Positions 1 through 15,085 of a DNA stretch of 64,000 nt are shown in pieces. The DNA is from Octopus vulgaris (Eukaryota), in NCBI GenBank assembly GCA_951406725.2, contig OX597823.1, forward strand, positions 113,150,001 through 113,214,000. Reading direction: 5' to 3'. The notes under the pieces were generated by a model. That model saw nothing but the letters and a program-made list of their open reading frames with translations, did no database searches and had not been told where the DNA came from. Within the stretch, counting starts at the first letter, position 1. Each line of letters begins with the position of its first letter. A program made the translations under genes and the position numbers.

Positions 1-126
1 CCATTATGTTATTTCAACAGTTGCCCATTGTTTCAAATACCTTTTTACATTGTCGGTCTGTCTTTTTTTAAACAATCACATACGATTCGTCCCAAAGAAT
101 CAACCTTTAAATAAGAGCTTCGGATA

Positions 127-665
127 GAGTTATGATGTAAGCACGTGCTAAAACCCCTCATATCTTTTTATTTTTACGAATTTTTACAAATATTTTTCGA
201 TTCTGTCTTCTGCATAATGGAATTAATACGATTATGCAACTTTTTTCTTCTTAATTCGTGGTTTTAACATACGGTCAGTCCGAATCTACCATTGGTCTCT
301 CTTTAAAATTTCCAAATAATTTTTAATACTTTTACGGAATAAAAGTCAGTTGACAGTCTTCTCACATTTTTTTTTACATAATCCTGGACTTTATATGTGT
401 AATGTCAGTGACATGCTGTATGTCCATCAACAATATTAGTAGACAGACATCCGTACAGTTGTATGACGGATAGTCGAAGTAGACGAAAGCTTCTTTTTAA
501 GAGGAACAAAATCATGTTGGACGAGTTTTGGATACCTATCATCGTCGTAACCGACGGTGTGTCAGTTTTGTATGTGAGTATGTGCATGTGTAAAGATATA
601 ATACCTATACACCCACTTATATATATACATACATGCATACATACATACATACATACATACATACA

Positions 666-699
<34 letters not shown>

Positions 700-1290
700 C
701 AACAAAGCCTAATGGTCTTAATGTTCTAAAACTCCTTTAGGGACAAACGGTTTTCACAATGAATTCCAATTTGACCTGAAGCATATTTGTAGAAAATTTC
801 ATTAAGAAACATTTAATCTTTGGGACATAATTGTGTAGATATGCCGAAATATTTATATATATAATTCTGTAAAAATGTATGTGTGTGTATATATATATTT
901 ATATATGTTTCAGTAAGCATTTATACATGTATATGAATAAGTTTCAGAAGGTATTTGAACAATACACTAAAAGTCAATCGTGACAAGAGAATTCCCCCAA
1001 ATTTATTTCCTTAATTTTTCACTACTGTTTCTGGCGCACATATTTAAGCAATTTTGATTTTGAAGTATTTAAAAATTATTTGGAAATTATATGGAGAAGC
1101 GACTGGTAGATTCTGTATTTTAAAACAACGACGTATATAAAAAAAAATTGTGGGGAAAGAAATTATATATTTTTTTTTGCATAGTCTTATCAATTCCATT
1201 ATGCAGATAACAGAATCGAATAAATTTTGTAAAAAATCGTAAAAATAAAAAACTTATGAGGGGTTTTAGCACATGCTTACATCATAACTC
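127..1290. mobile_element. Diverged long inverted repeat (127-332 vs ~1063-1290); TIRs of a non-autonomous DNA transposon or two inverted copies of one repeat
   Basis: gagttatgatgtaagcacgtgctaaaacccctcat...ataatggaattaatacgattatgcaa...aatttccaaataattttt is matched in reverse complement at 1063-1290. Confidence 0.65.
625..700. repeat. (TACA)n microsatellite
   Basis: Visible tandem array. Confidence 0.95.
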
Positions 1291-1864
1291 CGCCAAGTTT
1301 TGCTTCCACTAGCGAAAGCTACACATATCTTTCAGAAAGCTCTATACCAATTTAACTTTATGCAGTATTTGTTGTGTATTTTATGTGCAGGCTATGTGTG
1401 GAGACAGAATAAAAAGGCTTTTTGTTAGGTTATCACCTGGAAAAAATAGCTCCCTTTGCTGTTAAATAAAACAAATTCGCAGAGGGGAAGTTTCAACGTC
1501 TTCCTTGAATTTCCTTTCACCATTAATGTGGCTGTTTCTGACAAGAAATTTCGCTCTCATGTAAACCAACTATATTATCCATAATCCCCAAACACTTCAG
1601 TAGCTCTACTTTGCATCGCTTGCAAATTTATATCTTCAATGATCCTTAAAGTACAACGACATGCACAGTATCCAGCCTTCAGGTTAATCTTCCAATCTCA
1701 GTAGTTCAATTATTTGGTGAAAAATACACCACCAAAGCTATTTAAACCGTCAAAACGACTGGTGCGTTTGCTAGTAATTTATAAGATAGACAATTCTCAT
1801 CCCAAAATGAGCGTGCATTACACTTAATATAAGCGTTACAATTATTTTTAATGTTTGAATAATA

Positions 1865-2046
1865 ATCCTTTCTACTATAGGCATAAGGGGAGGGGACCAG
1901 TCGGTTACATCTACCTCAGTGTGTGTAACTGGTACTTAATTTATCGACCCCAAAGGCAAAGTCGTCTCCGGCAGCATGAAGACAGACGAAATACTGCTAA
2001 GCAATTCGCCCGGCTCGCTAAATAATTCTGCCAGCTCGCCACCTTA
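1865..2046 (-). mobile_element. tRNA-derived SINE family 1 (GGCGGCGAGCTGGCAGAA head), diverged copy
   Basis: The minus strand begins taaggtggcgagctggcagaa and contains ggggtcgataaattaagtaccagtt; homologous to 25701 and 47621. Confidence 0.85.
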
Positions 2047-2084
2047 AATGTTTGAATAATAAGAATGATAACAATAAAGGCGAT

Positions 2085-2189
2085 GGTAATGATAATGATG
2101 AAGTTGATTTTGATAATGATGATAATAATGATGACAATGATGATGATGATGATGACGACGACGACGATGATGATGATGATGATGACGAC

Positions 2190-2230
<41 letters not shown>

Positions 2231-2235
2231 CGACA

Positions 2236-2272
<37 letters not shown>

Positions 2273-2330
2273 CGATGATGATGATGATGATGATAGTGGT
2301 GGTGGCGGTGTTGGTGGTGTGATAATGAAG
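2085..2330. repeat. (GAT/GAC)n microsatellite
   Basis: Tandem array; source of the poly-D/H/M/S ORFs. Confidence 0.95.
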
Positions 2331-2629
2331 ATATGACTATGGCGATAATATTTTTCCTTCTTTTCACTTTATTCTTATTAAATTACACGTACTGCTATTA
2401 TTGTTCATATTTATATTTTCGTAGCCCTTGCTGTCGTGTTGTACAGTTTGTTTCAAACTGCATTTTACTGTGCAGTAATATTTGTTTCATCGTTAGCAGG
2501 AGATTTATGTTATAAATAAAACTATTGATGTTATTATTTTCTGCTACTCAAACTTTAACGTAAAATACATCAATACTCTAACACAAACCATCCCATATTT
2601 CATACAAACTGATACATACATACACACTA

Positions 2630-3160
<531 letters not shown>

Positions 3161-4168
3161 TGAAGGGAGAGAAGAGGAGAGACAAAGAAAGAGACGTAGG
3201 GAGATGAAGTAGATGTGGAAGAGAGGGGGAGAAACATTTATTCCTCACAATATCTTGTTATTCTCATTTTAGTTGGCTGCGATTTTGGTTTGGTTTCATT
3301 TTAGTATTTTTATTTTATTTATTTATTTTTTTTTTCCTTTTCTCTTTCGTCTCTGTTATTTTTCATTTCTGCTGTGAAAACATTAAGCTTTCTCGCCAAT
3401 ATAAAACGCTTTGTATTCTGAAAACAAAGGATCTTTCAAGTTAAAATTACTTTTATATGCCTGGTGATTGTTTTTCGCAGTTATACTTTTTGTTACTGAC
3501 TCCATTATGTTCTGTTGTTTTTCTGTCTTCTTCTAGAGGGAGAGAATTATTTCTATACATTTACAACGTAGTAGAGATTTCCTATATAGGCAATGCTTAA
3601 AGCACATTCGCTCATAAATACGCACATACTGCATACATACGTACATACATAAACATATATATGTGTGTGCTTCTGTCTGCGTTCGCGTGTAGTATTTTAT
3701 AGGGAGTAGTATACGTTGGCTACAATAAGTGTACCACTACCCGCACACTCGTTCATGCAAACATACATACGCACACACGTATACATATATATAGCATACA
3801 TACACACATATATGTATGTATATGCGTGTGCGCGTGTGTGTGTGTGTATGTGTGTGTGTGCACGTATTTATATATGTATGCATACATAAATATATTCACT
3901 CATGTCAAAAATTGATTCTTTACATTAATATACACGTAAGTATACCGTCATGTTTCCGAAAATATATTACCTATATGCAGCTAAGCACAACTATTTTCAT
4001 ACTTCACTCATAGTGCTTTTGACCTCTTAAATGTGTGCAAGAATGTGTATATCTATCTATCTAGGTATCTATCTAATTATATATATATACACATATATAT
4101 ATATATGTATATATATTAACATGCATATATCTATGTATATGTATATATATAAATGTATATATATATAT

Positions 4169-4241
<73 letters not shown>

Positions 4242-5106
4242 TACACATACACATACATCTATATATATCGTTAAGTTTTTGCATGTATGTATGTTAATAT
4301 TAGTAGGTATACTTACGAGTATGCGTTCACGAATTAGCCGTTTGAAATGTTGAAATGAATTCGCTGTACAGACTATAAAAGATAGGGCGAGACTAATGTA
4401 TCTTGGTATGGTTTACATATTTATACAATATCGCTTGTGTCTTTTACAATATTCGTATCTCCAATAGAACGATATGTTTGATGTTTGAAGCGAGTTTCAC
4501 ATATCGTTATAATTTATATATAATACTTGGTTAGGAATTGATATATTTCCTTTCAAATGTGATATGAAATGTATTGTGCTTCTTTTTAAGTAGGTTCTCT
4601 GACCTCATAAATCAGTCGATATTACAGAGTATCACACAATAATGCATTATGTATTGCTTTGTATTGATAACAATTCTTTTCTCATTGGATATTAACATAG
4701 TGTCTTTGGGTTTATTTTTAATTTACATTTTCCGTATACTTCAGATAACTGTTTTTTTGTGCCATAGCAACTAAAATGATATAACATATGTTACATTTTT
4801 GAGTGAGTTATTAATTTCCTACGACCTGGTAAAGTGGACCCTATATTTTACTGGGTATTACACGAGTCATAATCGAAGTGGAATATTTTTAACGGTGTTT
4901 CAAGTTACCATCTCTGTCTGAGATCACTGTCCCTTGCAGATCATGCTTCAGTTTGATAGAGAAAACAAACCAGAACCATTCCTTTTTATGGGCTGTTCAC
5001 CCTTTTCATAACCCAACATAGACTATGTTGCCATAGTGACTTCCGTAGATGTAAATAAAATCGTACTGTCTCCCATACGCCATCGCTCCCCACGTTTATA
5101 TATCTA

Positions 5107-5206
<100 letters not shown>

Positions 5207-8162
5207 AACTAGCTAGCTAGCTATCTATCTATACAAGTGTATGTTTGTGTGTGTGTGTGTCTGTGTGTTTTTGCATGTTGTGTGTTGTCAGGGATAAAGA
5301 GGACAGAAGAGAGAAACAAGATGGGAAAAGAAAGACGGCGAATTTATAATCTGTGACTAAAAATTTTGTGAGATTTACGCCAGCCTCTATATATATATAT
5401 ATATATATGATATATATATATATATAACTGTATTTCGAGACAGAAATAGGCTTCTGAAAAATAACTCAGCAGTATACTTCCTTTTGATGTGCTTCACTGT
5501 TATTGGTACGATGGATTATTTAGAACAATCCCCAAAGGCGATTAAAGTGTTAGTATCATACGACGATTAATTATTAAATATATCTAACATAAAATATTTT
5601 TAACATACAAAAATAGGATTTTTCAAAAATATTGAATGGCTATGAAGTTCCATCTGTGTAAAAAAGGAATCAGATTCGTTTCAGTATTTCCAAAGAATTA
5701 ATTTGGAAGTGGAAAACCTGGACCGAATGATTTTTACTAGAGTATTTTCCACTAAGACTGGTTTCCACTAAACCCAAGGTAAGGCACTAGTGTTACACCA
5801 GAAACCAGATGTACACTGTATTTGTATATTAATAGCTCACAGGTTCACTCAAGGTCGATATAGAAGCTAGACCCAGCTTCAATGAAATGTTCACCTTGCA
5901 ACAACCATCATCAACGTTACCTAAGCTGCATCACAAAAACTGGCATTAAGTTCAAATCAAAATATTCATTCCACCTCCCAATAACTACAGTCCACAAAGC
6001 TAAGCTGAGACAGCAAAATAGTTTACTTCTCTCACATAAAGGAGAATGCTGCTGCTTCACACAGAGGTGTGTTAGAAGGCAACCAAGGGAAGGCTACTGC
6101 ATTGATTTGAACAAATTAATTCAATTCAAAGGGCAACCTCTGGTTCACAGAGGTTTTACATCACTTTACCATCGCTCTCGAAATGACAGTGACCATTATT
6201 TCCAGAAAATAGCTGTCCCAATCTACTGTCGTTCATACACAATTTACTGAAATCCTTTTTTCAAATATCCTGCCTAATATATTATCCCCCAATATATTAT
6301 ACCCAGCATTAGACATTTTACTCAAAATGAGTACTTAAAAGGAGTCGCCTCCCGGCCGACCAGACTAGCAGAGAGCAGTGTACCACTATTGCAAAGGTTT
6401 GTGCTAGAGGTTTAATAAAACTACAAAATACCACAAAAATGCATATTTTGTTTGACGCTGGTACAAGAATAGAGTTTAAAAATAACAATTTCTGTTCAAT
6501 AACAAATAGGAAGATAAAACTTAAAGTTTCTTTTCACTAGCACTTTTACATTATGAATTCAACTTTCACTAGATTTGGTATAGCATTTTGGTTCCGTGAT
6601 GTCAAGAAAATAAGAGTAATTTGTATACTTAACTTGATTCAGTCGATTCATCTCCCTGTCTTCAACACGTCAGCTTGTACATAAGTAATAAAGTCTCATA
6701 GTTCTTCATGCAATATAATTATTTAAGCATTACACATTTTTCTTAAACTTATAGATTCTTCATCCTCATACTGCGCTGCTATCTAAATGCATTTGTTTTG
6801 TCATGTAAGGTATTCTTTTCGAGACTGGAATGGTTAATTCATTCTTGGAGCTACATTTATCTAAACAAAACAGATTATTGGAACTCTAACTAGAGAATAA
6901 TATACATATGCATGACCGACCAGCAATCTATCTTCATTGGAGTATATGCAAGGAATAAAACATAGTAACTTACGTTTAGGAGCTGCTCTGTAAAACAATA
7001 ATTCTAACATTATCTTTGAAAAGCTGCAGACACACAGAGAGGGAAAATGTTGGGCCAAATAGCGATAATTTCCATTAAAGATAATCGTGCCAAGGTTTCT
7101 ACATTAAGTATTATGGTTTATTCAACAGAAGAAAAAACAAATTTCGGACTAGGTGGTAAAAACGTTAAAAATATGAATAAATAAATAAGGAAATTATACG
7201 GTTAGGTATCTGAAACTTACTTTAGCGCACAAAAGTTTCTATTCTAATCAACTGAATGGTAAAATTTAGTCATGGTCACGCTGAACCTAACTACTTGATC
7301 TTTGGATACTTTAAGCACAGATTCAACCTGTGCATGCACTTGATCCTGATCCCTGAATCGCTCATCCCAAACCTCTCTCTTACAATTGCATCAATCTTAC
7401 AAGTCTGGGAGACGTTACAGGGATCCTAGTCTCTGATGTACCTGGTCTCCTTAGAATAATTCATTCAAAATATATTTGATTTATAAAGTAGATATCCCAG
7501 ATACTTTAAGCTGGAAAGGACCATGAATTATTTATACCTTATGGAACATTATTTCAATATAGCCTGATATTTAAAGAGGAGTAGTTGTTATGGAAACAAA
7601 GAACTGGTTACAATTTGAATACTTAGGAAAACAGTTGAAATAAAAATGTTCTACATTTCTTGTTACCTACAATTAATTGTTGGACAATCAGTCAATGAAT
7701 AAAATGTGGTATAACACGCAACCGTACAATAGAAATTAATGGGAAGAATTTTCTTAATCAAATGCTTTTAATTTATAATTAGCTGTATTGATTACTTAAG
7801 AGGAACACTAATATATTACCCTGGTAGGATTAAAATTGCTGAATTTATATAAACAATACAATACTAAATCAATTTGTACCGACACTTTATGGAAACACTT
7901 GTCTGTAAATTGCCTTGCTTTTGGAAGTTCGCAAAATCGTAAGCGTTAGAAAATAATAAACGAAACCTCACATTTGTAACACGACAATATTACCTTATTC
8001 ACTTGGATTCTTATTTATTCAAATAACACAATTATTATTTTAGACAAAATTCTATCAATACCAGAATTGTCTAATGAAAGTATACAAAAGTATGTATAGA
8101 TAAGCATCTGTCTATCTGACTGTCCATCTACCAATTTTTCTATCTATCTATCTACTAATTTG

Positions 8163-8230
<68 letters not shown>

Positions 8231-8266
8231 GCTAGCTAGCTAGCTATCCTTCAATTTTCCTGTCTG

Positions 8267-8311
<45 letters not shown>

Positions 8312-8655
8312 TTATCTGTCTATCATCTCTTTATATATATATATATATATATACACATGTATATAAAGAAGGAGAGAGGAAGAGAGAGGAAGAGAGAGAA
8401 AGGGAGAGAGAGGGAGAGAGAGTGACACAATATATAAGGAGTGTTCATCAACTGACGTTATATATTAGGTATGTACTAGTAGTGCTCAAGTTGGTTTACT
8501 GCTAAAACTCCAGCTTGAACTACAACTGAAAAGTGTGGTGATGAGACTGCCTATCGAAGGCGGTTAGAAGGGATTATTCTTTGAGAGTGTGGCTATGGAT
8601 TAAAATTAAAAAAATGAAAAAGCAAATCATTTGGCATCACACGAAAAGTAAATTA

Positions 8656-8991
8656 CCATATTTGATGGCGTATAAAACGCACCATTTTTTTTTTTACCCC
8701 AAAATGGCTTTAACTCCAGCCCCCTGCTTCCAATGCACTCAATGTATGCTCAAAACCCGCGACTGTTGGCCGAAATTATACATCAGAGGTCACGTAGATG
8801 TAGCCTGGTAGCCTAGCCAACGGTATGTTTATATAGAATGTTGATGCAATGCATTGCTTATAATTACCGGTAATAACATAAAGTTATACAGGAATTAAAC
8901 ATTATTTTAGTGATTATTTAGTGCACAAAAGTATAGCCGAGGCTAGGGTGCGTCCTAAGCACTCCTGCATCTTATAGGCCATCAAATACGA
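8656..8991. mobile_element. Tc2/pogo-like MITE
   Basis: TIRs ccatatttgatggcgtataaaacgca / tgcatcttataggccatcaaatacga, flanked by TA on both sides (8654-55, 8992-93). Confidence 0.75.
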
Positions 8992-9020
8992 TAGCTTAGA
9001 TAGAGAATATAAACATAAAG

Positions 9021-9707
9021 TCTCTTACGGCCGTTTCTAAAGTAACCAATCATGTGGATCATCATAATGAGTACAAATTCCATAAACTGAGCATTCCATC
9101 ACAAGAGAGAGAGAAAAGGAGAGGGAGAGAGAGAGAGTGGGAGAGAAAGAGGGAGAGTGAGAAGTTAGAAAAATATAAAAATGAGAAAATATCCCCAGTT
9201 TTTCAGAAATAAATGAAGGATCATACATAAATATGCACATATGGGTACAGAACAAGTAACACAGAGAACAACCCTTCATCAGTTGTGGCTGTCTATTTAC
9301 TCCCCATTTCGAGTATTCAACGACAATATGAGTCTTCGTAAACAGTTGCCCCCATAAATTGCAAAATAATATTTTGAATTTATGGTGGGTCAAAGTTGGG
9401 AACAAAAACAGGACAGTGGTGACGTACGAGGAAACCGAACGAAAACGGACATCTTTTATTTCCTGCACGACGTTCCAAGGACTGGATGTCTCCTATCTTT
9501 TCTCTTTTCAAAGAAAATATTTTCATCAGCGTTCACTATATTCCCCTCGCTCTGGTCTAGCGATCGTCCATGTTTTCATTCGGTTTCCTTCCATGTATCC
9601 ACTGTCCTGTTTTTATTCCCAACTTTGACCGTCAATAAATTCACAATTTTATTTTGCAATTTATAGGGTCAACTCTTTTCCAAAACTTATATTGTCGTTC
9701 AATGCAT
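9021..9707 (-). mobile_element. Penelope-like/retrozyme relic block: inverted repeat 9312-9450 / 9565-9707 and two decayed HHR motifs
   Basis: Arms of about 140 bp. The spacer on the minus strand reads CTGATGA...gtcctt GGAA cgt C gtgcag (9463-9535). A second relic, GAAA cggccgt A agaga, lies at 9021-9109. Confidence 0.55.
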
Positions 9708-10201
9708 TCTTCAATTATTCATTTATTTTGCAGACTTCTAATTCCGATTCACTTTTCTTTTTTGTATATTTTGTATACGCTCGTCATACCTTTCTTGGTT
9801 TATATCTCGGTGCTATTCTAATGGATTTCTCATGAAGGAATAACGTGCAAAAGTCTAAGAGATACCGCATTTATATTCAAAATCTAATAGATTCTTTCAC
9901 CTTTTGTGTTAATCTGTTTTAAAACTTATTGAAATTCAGCCCAATACAAGTATTATCTACACGCACGAGCGAGCGCGCTAACACACTTACACGCGCAGAC
10001 AGTCATATATGTTTGTATATAAATATATATAAAATATCTGAGCCAGCGCAGGAGTGAATATGTGGGTGACTTTAAGGGTGTCGCCAACCTTTAGGGTACA
10101 TTTACTGGGTTTAAAAACGTAAGGACCGCTACAATAGGTTTTTGAATGTGAGAGAGGAATATGTTGACCATAATCATAGTTAACTGATCCTCCTATATTT
10201 T

Positions 10202-11130
10202 CTATACATACATACATACGTACATACATGCATACATGCATACATGCATACATATATACATACATACATACATGCATACATACATACATACATACATACA
10301 TACATACATACGTGCATACATACATACATACGTGCATACATGCATACATGCATACATACATACATACATAAATACATACATACATGCATACATGCATACA
10401 TATATACATACATACATATATACATACGTGCATACATGCATACATACATACATACATACATACATACGTGCATACATGCATACATGCATACATGCATACA
10501 TATATACATACATACATACATACATACGTGCATACATGCATACATGCATACATATATACATACATACATACATACATACACACATACATACATACATACA
10601 TACATACGTGCATACATGCATACATACATACATACATACATACATACATACATACATACATACGTGCATATATATATACATACATACATACGTGCATACA
10701 TGCATACATGCATACATGCATACATACATACATAAATACGTGCATACATGCATACATGCATACATGCATACATACATACGTGCATACATGCATACATGCA
10801 TACATGCATACATACATACATACATACGTGCATACATACATACATACATACATACATACATACGTGCATACATGCATACATGCATACATGCATACATACA
10901 TACATACCTGCATACATGCATACATGCATACATGCATACATACATACATACATATATACATACATACATACATACGTGCATACATACATACATACATACA
11001 TATACATACATACGTACATACACACATACATTCATACATACATACATACATACATACATACATACACACATGCATACACACATACATACATACATACATA
11101 CATACATACATACATACATACATACAAGCA
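10202..11130. repeat. Compound (TACA)/(TGCA)/(CGTG) tetranucleotide satellite, ~930 bp
   Basis: Visible array; explains the 400 aa MYVC ORF. Confidence 0.95.
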
Positions 11131-12425
11131 TACATATATTGTAACATATTCCCGGTTTTTAAATAATTTTTAACGCCATCTCCATTCAAGCACTGAAATC
11201 ATTAAAAATGCAGAGATTTTAATTGAATATTGTCGCCGAGCGTAAAATTGTTTGAGATCCTTAATCGGTAGATTGAGTGGACGATGCTGGTGAATTATAC
11301 TGAAAACAGGTATTCAATACAAAAAAATATGTAATTTACATTGAATCTGAATAGAAATTCTACTGACAAACGTGAACATTCATTGCGTGACTTCCTGCCT
11401 CCTTCATTTTCGTTCTGGTGCAGTGATGCGGCATTATTTTCGAGATAGTATTTCGTTCTACACAAAGAGAGGTGTTTTGTAAACAATTTTTAATTAGCAA
11501 TGACTATAATCTAAATTATATATCCATTAATAGTAACCTTAATTGTATAAAAGTGAGAATATCTTACAGCTCGGGGATATAGCACTGGGCCTGAATCCGA
11601 GACTACATCGTTGCGAATTGGGTTCGTTAAACACAGACGAAAACATGTACTTGTCTTCATATATGTGAAAATATATATACACATACACACGCACACACAC
11701 ACGCGCGCAAACGCACATGAACGCACATATACCTCCCCCTACACACAACACACACTCATGCATGCACACACAAAATTACACATACACGTGCATACACACA
11801 CGCACATACACGCATACACACACGCACACATACGCACGCCCACGCACATATATACACACACAGGGATGTACATATAACTCCACATAGATATCCAGGCACA
11901 CACACATACACACAACCACATACGCACACGCACTTAAACACACGCATGAACACACACCAGGCACAAAATACATACAACCAAAACACACACACACAACATA
12001 TACATACACGCACACACATATATACACACACATACACATACTTAAAACTACCAGTCAAACACTTTTCTGCTGACCATTCATCTACGCACATGTGAAGTGA
12101 TACACAACTATGCAAAAGACCACCACTCTTGTTATCAGCCTGCTGAATTCTTCCTACCACATATTGAGTCACAAAGATCTCTCACACATACACATATAAA
12201 CAGCCAACATCACACAGACAACACACACATCCTATCATACACAGAGACACTTTCGCGCATGCACATGCCCACAAACACACACAGATATCGCCTCTTACAC
12301 TCTCCTGTCTTAGAAGAACTTTTGCTTCATCCAATCCCTTCCGGTCATTTCAAAATATAACCACGTGGATCATTGGCGATTTATTCCTCCATGTTCTTTT
12401 TCCCTTGGACTTTCATCCGTCTCCT

Positions 12426-12461
12426 GTTTCTGACGAAGAGCTTCGCTCGAAAAGTAAAAAC
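12426..12461 (+). ncRNA. Minimal type I hammerhead motif with damaged stem III, in a Penelope-like terminal repeat
   Basis: gttt CTGACGA a gagc ttc gctc GAAA agt A aaaac; related to the 17110 and 17562 copies. Confidence 0.55.
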
Positions 12462-12584
12462 TATTATTCTTTCCTTCCCTGAGCGTCTGCTAAGTCTTTG
12501 CATGTACCACGTCCTCACGTTGTTGTTTTTCTATTGTTGTGTTCTTCCTTTTTTAAAAATTTAATATATATGTATATGTATGTA

Positions 12585-12640
<56 letters not shown>

Positions 12641-12756
12641 TAGACATACATATGTATATAAGTATATATATGGTGTGTGAGTATATAAGTGAATATATAC
12701 ATGCACACACATACATATATACATATCAGATTATCTATCTACCCCTCTCTCTCTCT

Positions 12757-12806
<50 letters not shown>

Positions 12807-12855
12807 GTATATATATATATAAATATATATATATGTATATGTATATGTATATGTA

Positions 12856-12927
<72 letters not shown>

Positions 12928-13591
12928 AGGCAAGTTGAGTGTATGTGATTGACATAGTATGCGATTCTTCAATAAAATTACAATACATTTATATTACTTT
13001 TCTCATTTACTGTCACTATTCTTCTTCTTCCTCTTCTCCTTCTCTTATTCTGCTATTTTATCGTTTACTAATTCTACTTTATCGCCAAATTTCGTTTCTT
13101 CTTTGTATTTCCTCTTTTATCCACCGTCCTTGTTTCTAAGACTCGTAGTTGTTTTGGTTGTTCTACTTACTCATGTTTGTTGTCGTGTCTGTTGGTATTT
13201 GTAGTGGCGATTTCTATTTCCGAATAATTTTACATTACATTAACGTTCTCATAAATGTTGGATGGTGTTGAATAGATGACTGATTAAATGATTGCTTTGA
13301 ACTTACTCATAATGGAAACCGTGTAGTGGACGGAGGAGATGAAGCTAAGAAGACCACGCTAAAAGTTCACCAATAGATATAAAGAGATATATGGCAAAAA
13401 GAAGAAATATATATGTTTCTATTGACAATAATATAATCAGAATATATTAGAAATTGATGGGAATACTGAATATTTGTCTTTCTCATCAGATCTGGTTTTC
13501 TCGTTTAAGGTTATACATACATACATTCATATACACATACATACATACGTACATAAATTCATACATACATATATGTACATACATTATACAC

Positions 13592-13635
<44 letters not shown>

Positions 13636-13968
13636 GTGTGTGTGTGTATATATGTATATATATATGTATATATATATATGTGTGTATATATACTAGTCTG
13701 TATTCAAATATATTTATATGTATACATGTATTATGTCTTACATTTACTCACACACACACACACACATACACATATCATATGCATGTGTGCGTACACATAT
13801 ATACATAGACACAAACGTACATGCACACATTTGAGTGTATTTATTGAAATTTTGTGTGAGTATGTATGTACGCATGCATGTATGTATTTATCTACCTATG
13901 TACATATGTCTTTCACCCACACACACATGCATGCCCATGCATGCATTTATATACATATACATATACAT

Positions 13969-14022
<54 letters not shown>

Positions 14023-14039
14023 ATGTATATGTATATATA

Positions 14040-14600
14040 TAATAAAACTGTTATTATATATATAATAAAATTCTGTTTTGGATGCCGGGACTGAAGTTTG
14101 CTTCGGGACTGAAGTTTGCTTCGGGACTGAAGTTTGCTCATTACTTATTAAGACAAGGAACTGCTCCATAAAGCCCTGACTTCCGCAAGTTAAACGTTTG
14201 TCTTAATAACTGATGAGATGTCGGACCAGACTTCATCCTGGTTTCATCTCCGAGACCAGCTCAAAGCCATTATCTTCTGCTGATCCGTTGATCCAAATAT
14301 CCGGGAGACGATCGTCAAGAACCGTGTAGCGTGGCTGTATGTCATCGCGAAAGAACAGACCTGATGGAGAGTAACGGATATCAGTAGACAGAGACGAGGC
14401 GTTGAAGATGCAACGGATATCAAGAGACACAGATCAGACATCGAAGAGCTACCCGCACCTCCTCGTCTCCCAGCAGCTCTCCCTTGGCCTGATCAGCCAT
14501 CTTAGGCATCGGCATCCTGCGCACCGATCAAGATGAAGCGGTCAATCAATGGCAACAGACCTATGACACGGATACGAGTCAACTTCGACGATATTATAAG
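14040..14600. mobile_element. Unclassified GC-richer interspersed element with 18-bp tandem repeat and internal hairpin
   Basis: About three copies of gggactgaagtttgcttc (14087-14138); inverted repeat ctcattacttattaagacaa / ttgtcttaataactgatgag. Confidence 0.45.
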
Positions 14601-14890
14601 CGTCTTTGTGTGTGTGTGTATGTGTATGTGTATGTATGCATATGTTCATATATACGCATATATTTTACAAACACGCACACGCACACAAACATGCATATAC
14701 ATGCATATACTTATATAAATATATATATATACACACATATTTATATATATATACATACATATATACACACGCCGAAATTGCGAGGATGAACCGCTTCTTG
14801 ACTGAAGATTAAAGTCCGTGTTTTTTGTTTCGTCTATTTGGATGTTTTGCGTTCTTGTCTCATTTTGTATTTTATATATATCTATGTATG

Positions 14891-15085
<195 letters not shown>

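Noticed and set aside
5882-6250. 122-aa ORF
   Set aside because: No recognisable family; composition is not clearly coding.
9987-11189. 400-aa and overlapping long ORFs
   Set aside because: They are translations of a tetranucleotide satellite that is open in many frames.
13405-13495. Minus-strand CTGATGA..gacaa/ttgtc..GAAAcatatat
   Set aside because: Possible old HHR relic, but the stem I and stem II bases do not pair well enough to call.
14087-14138. CRISPR-like repeats (also 27006-27135)
   Set aside because: Contiguous tandem units without spacers, in a eukaryotic context.
14210-14256. CTGATGA gatg..catc
   Set aside because: It lacks GAAA and a cleavage stem; it is part of an inverted repeat.
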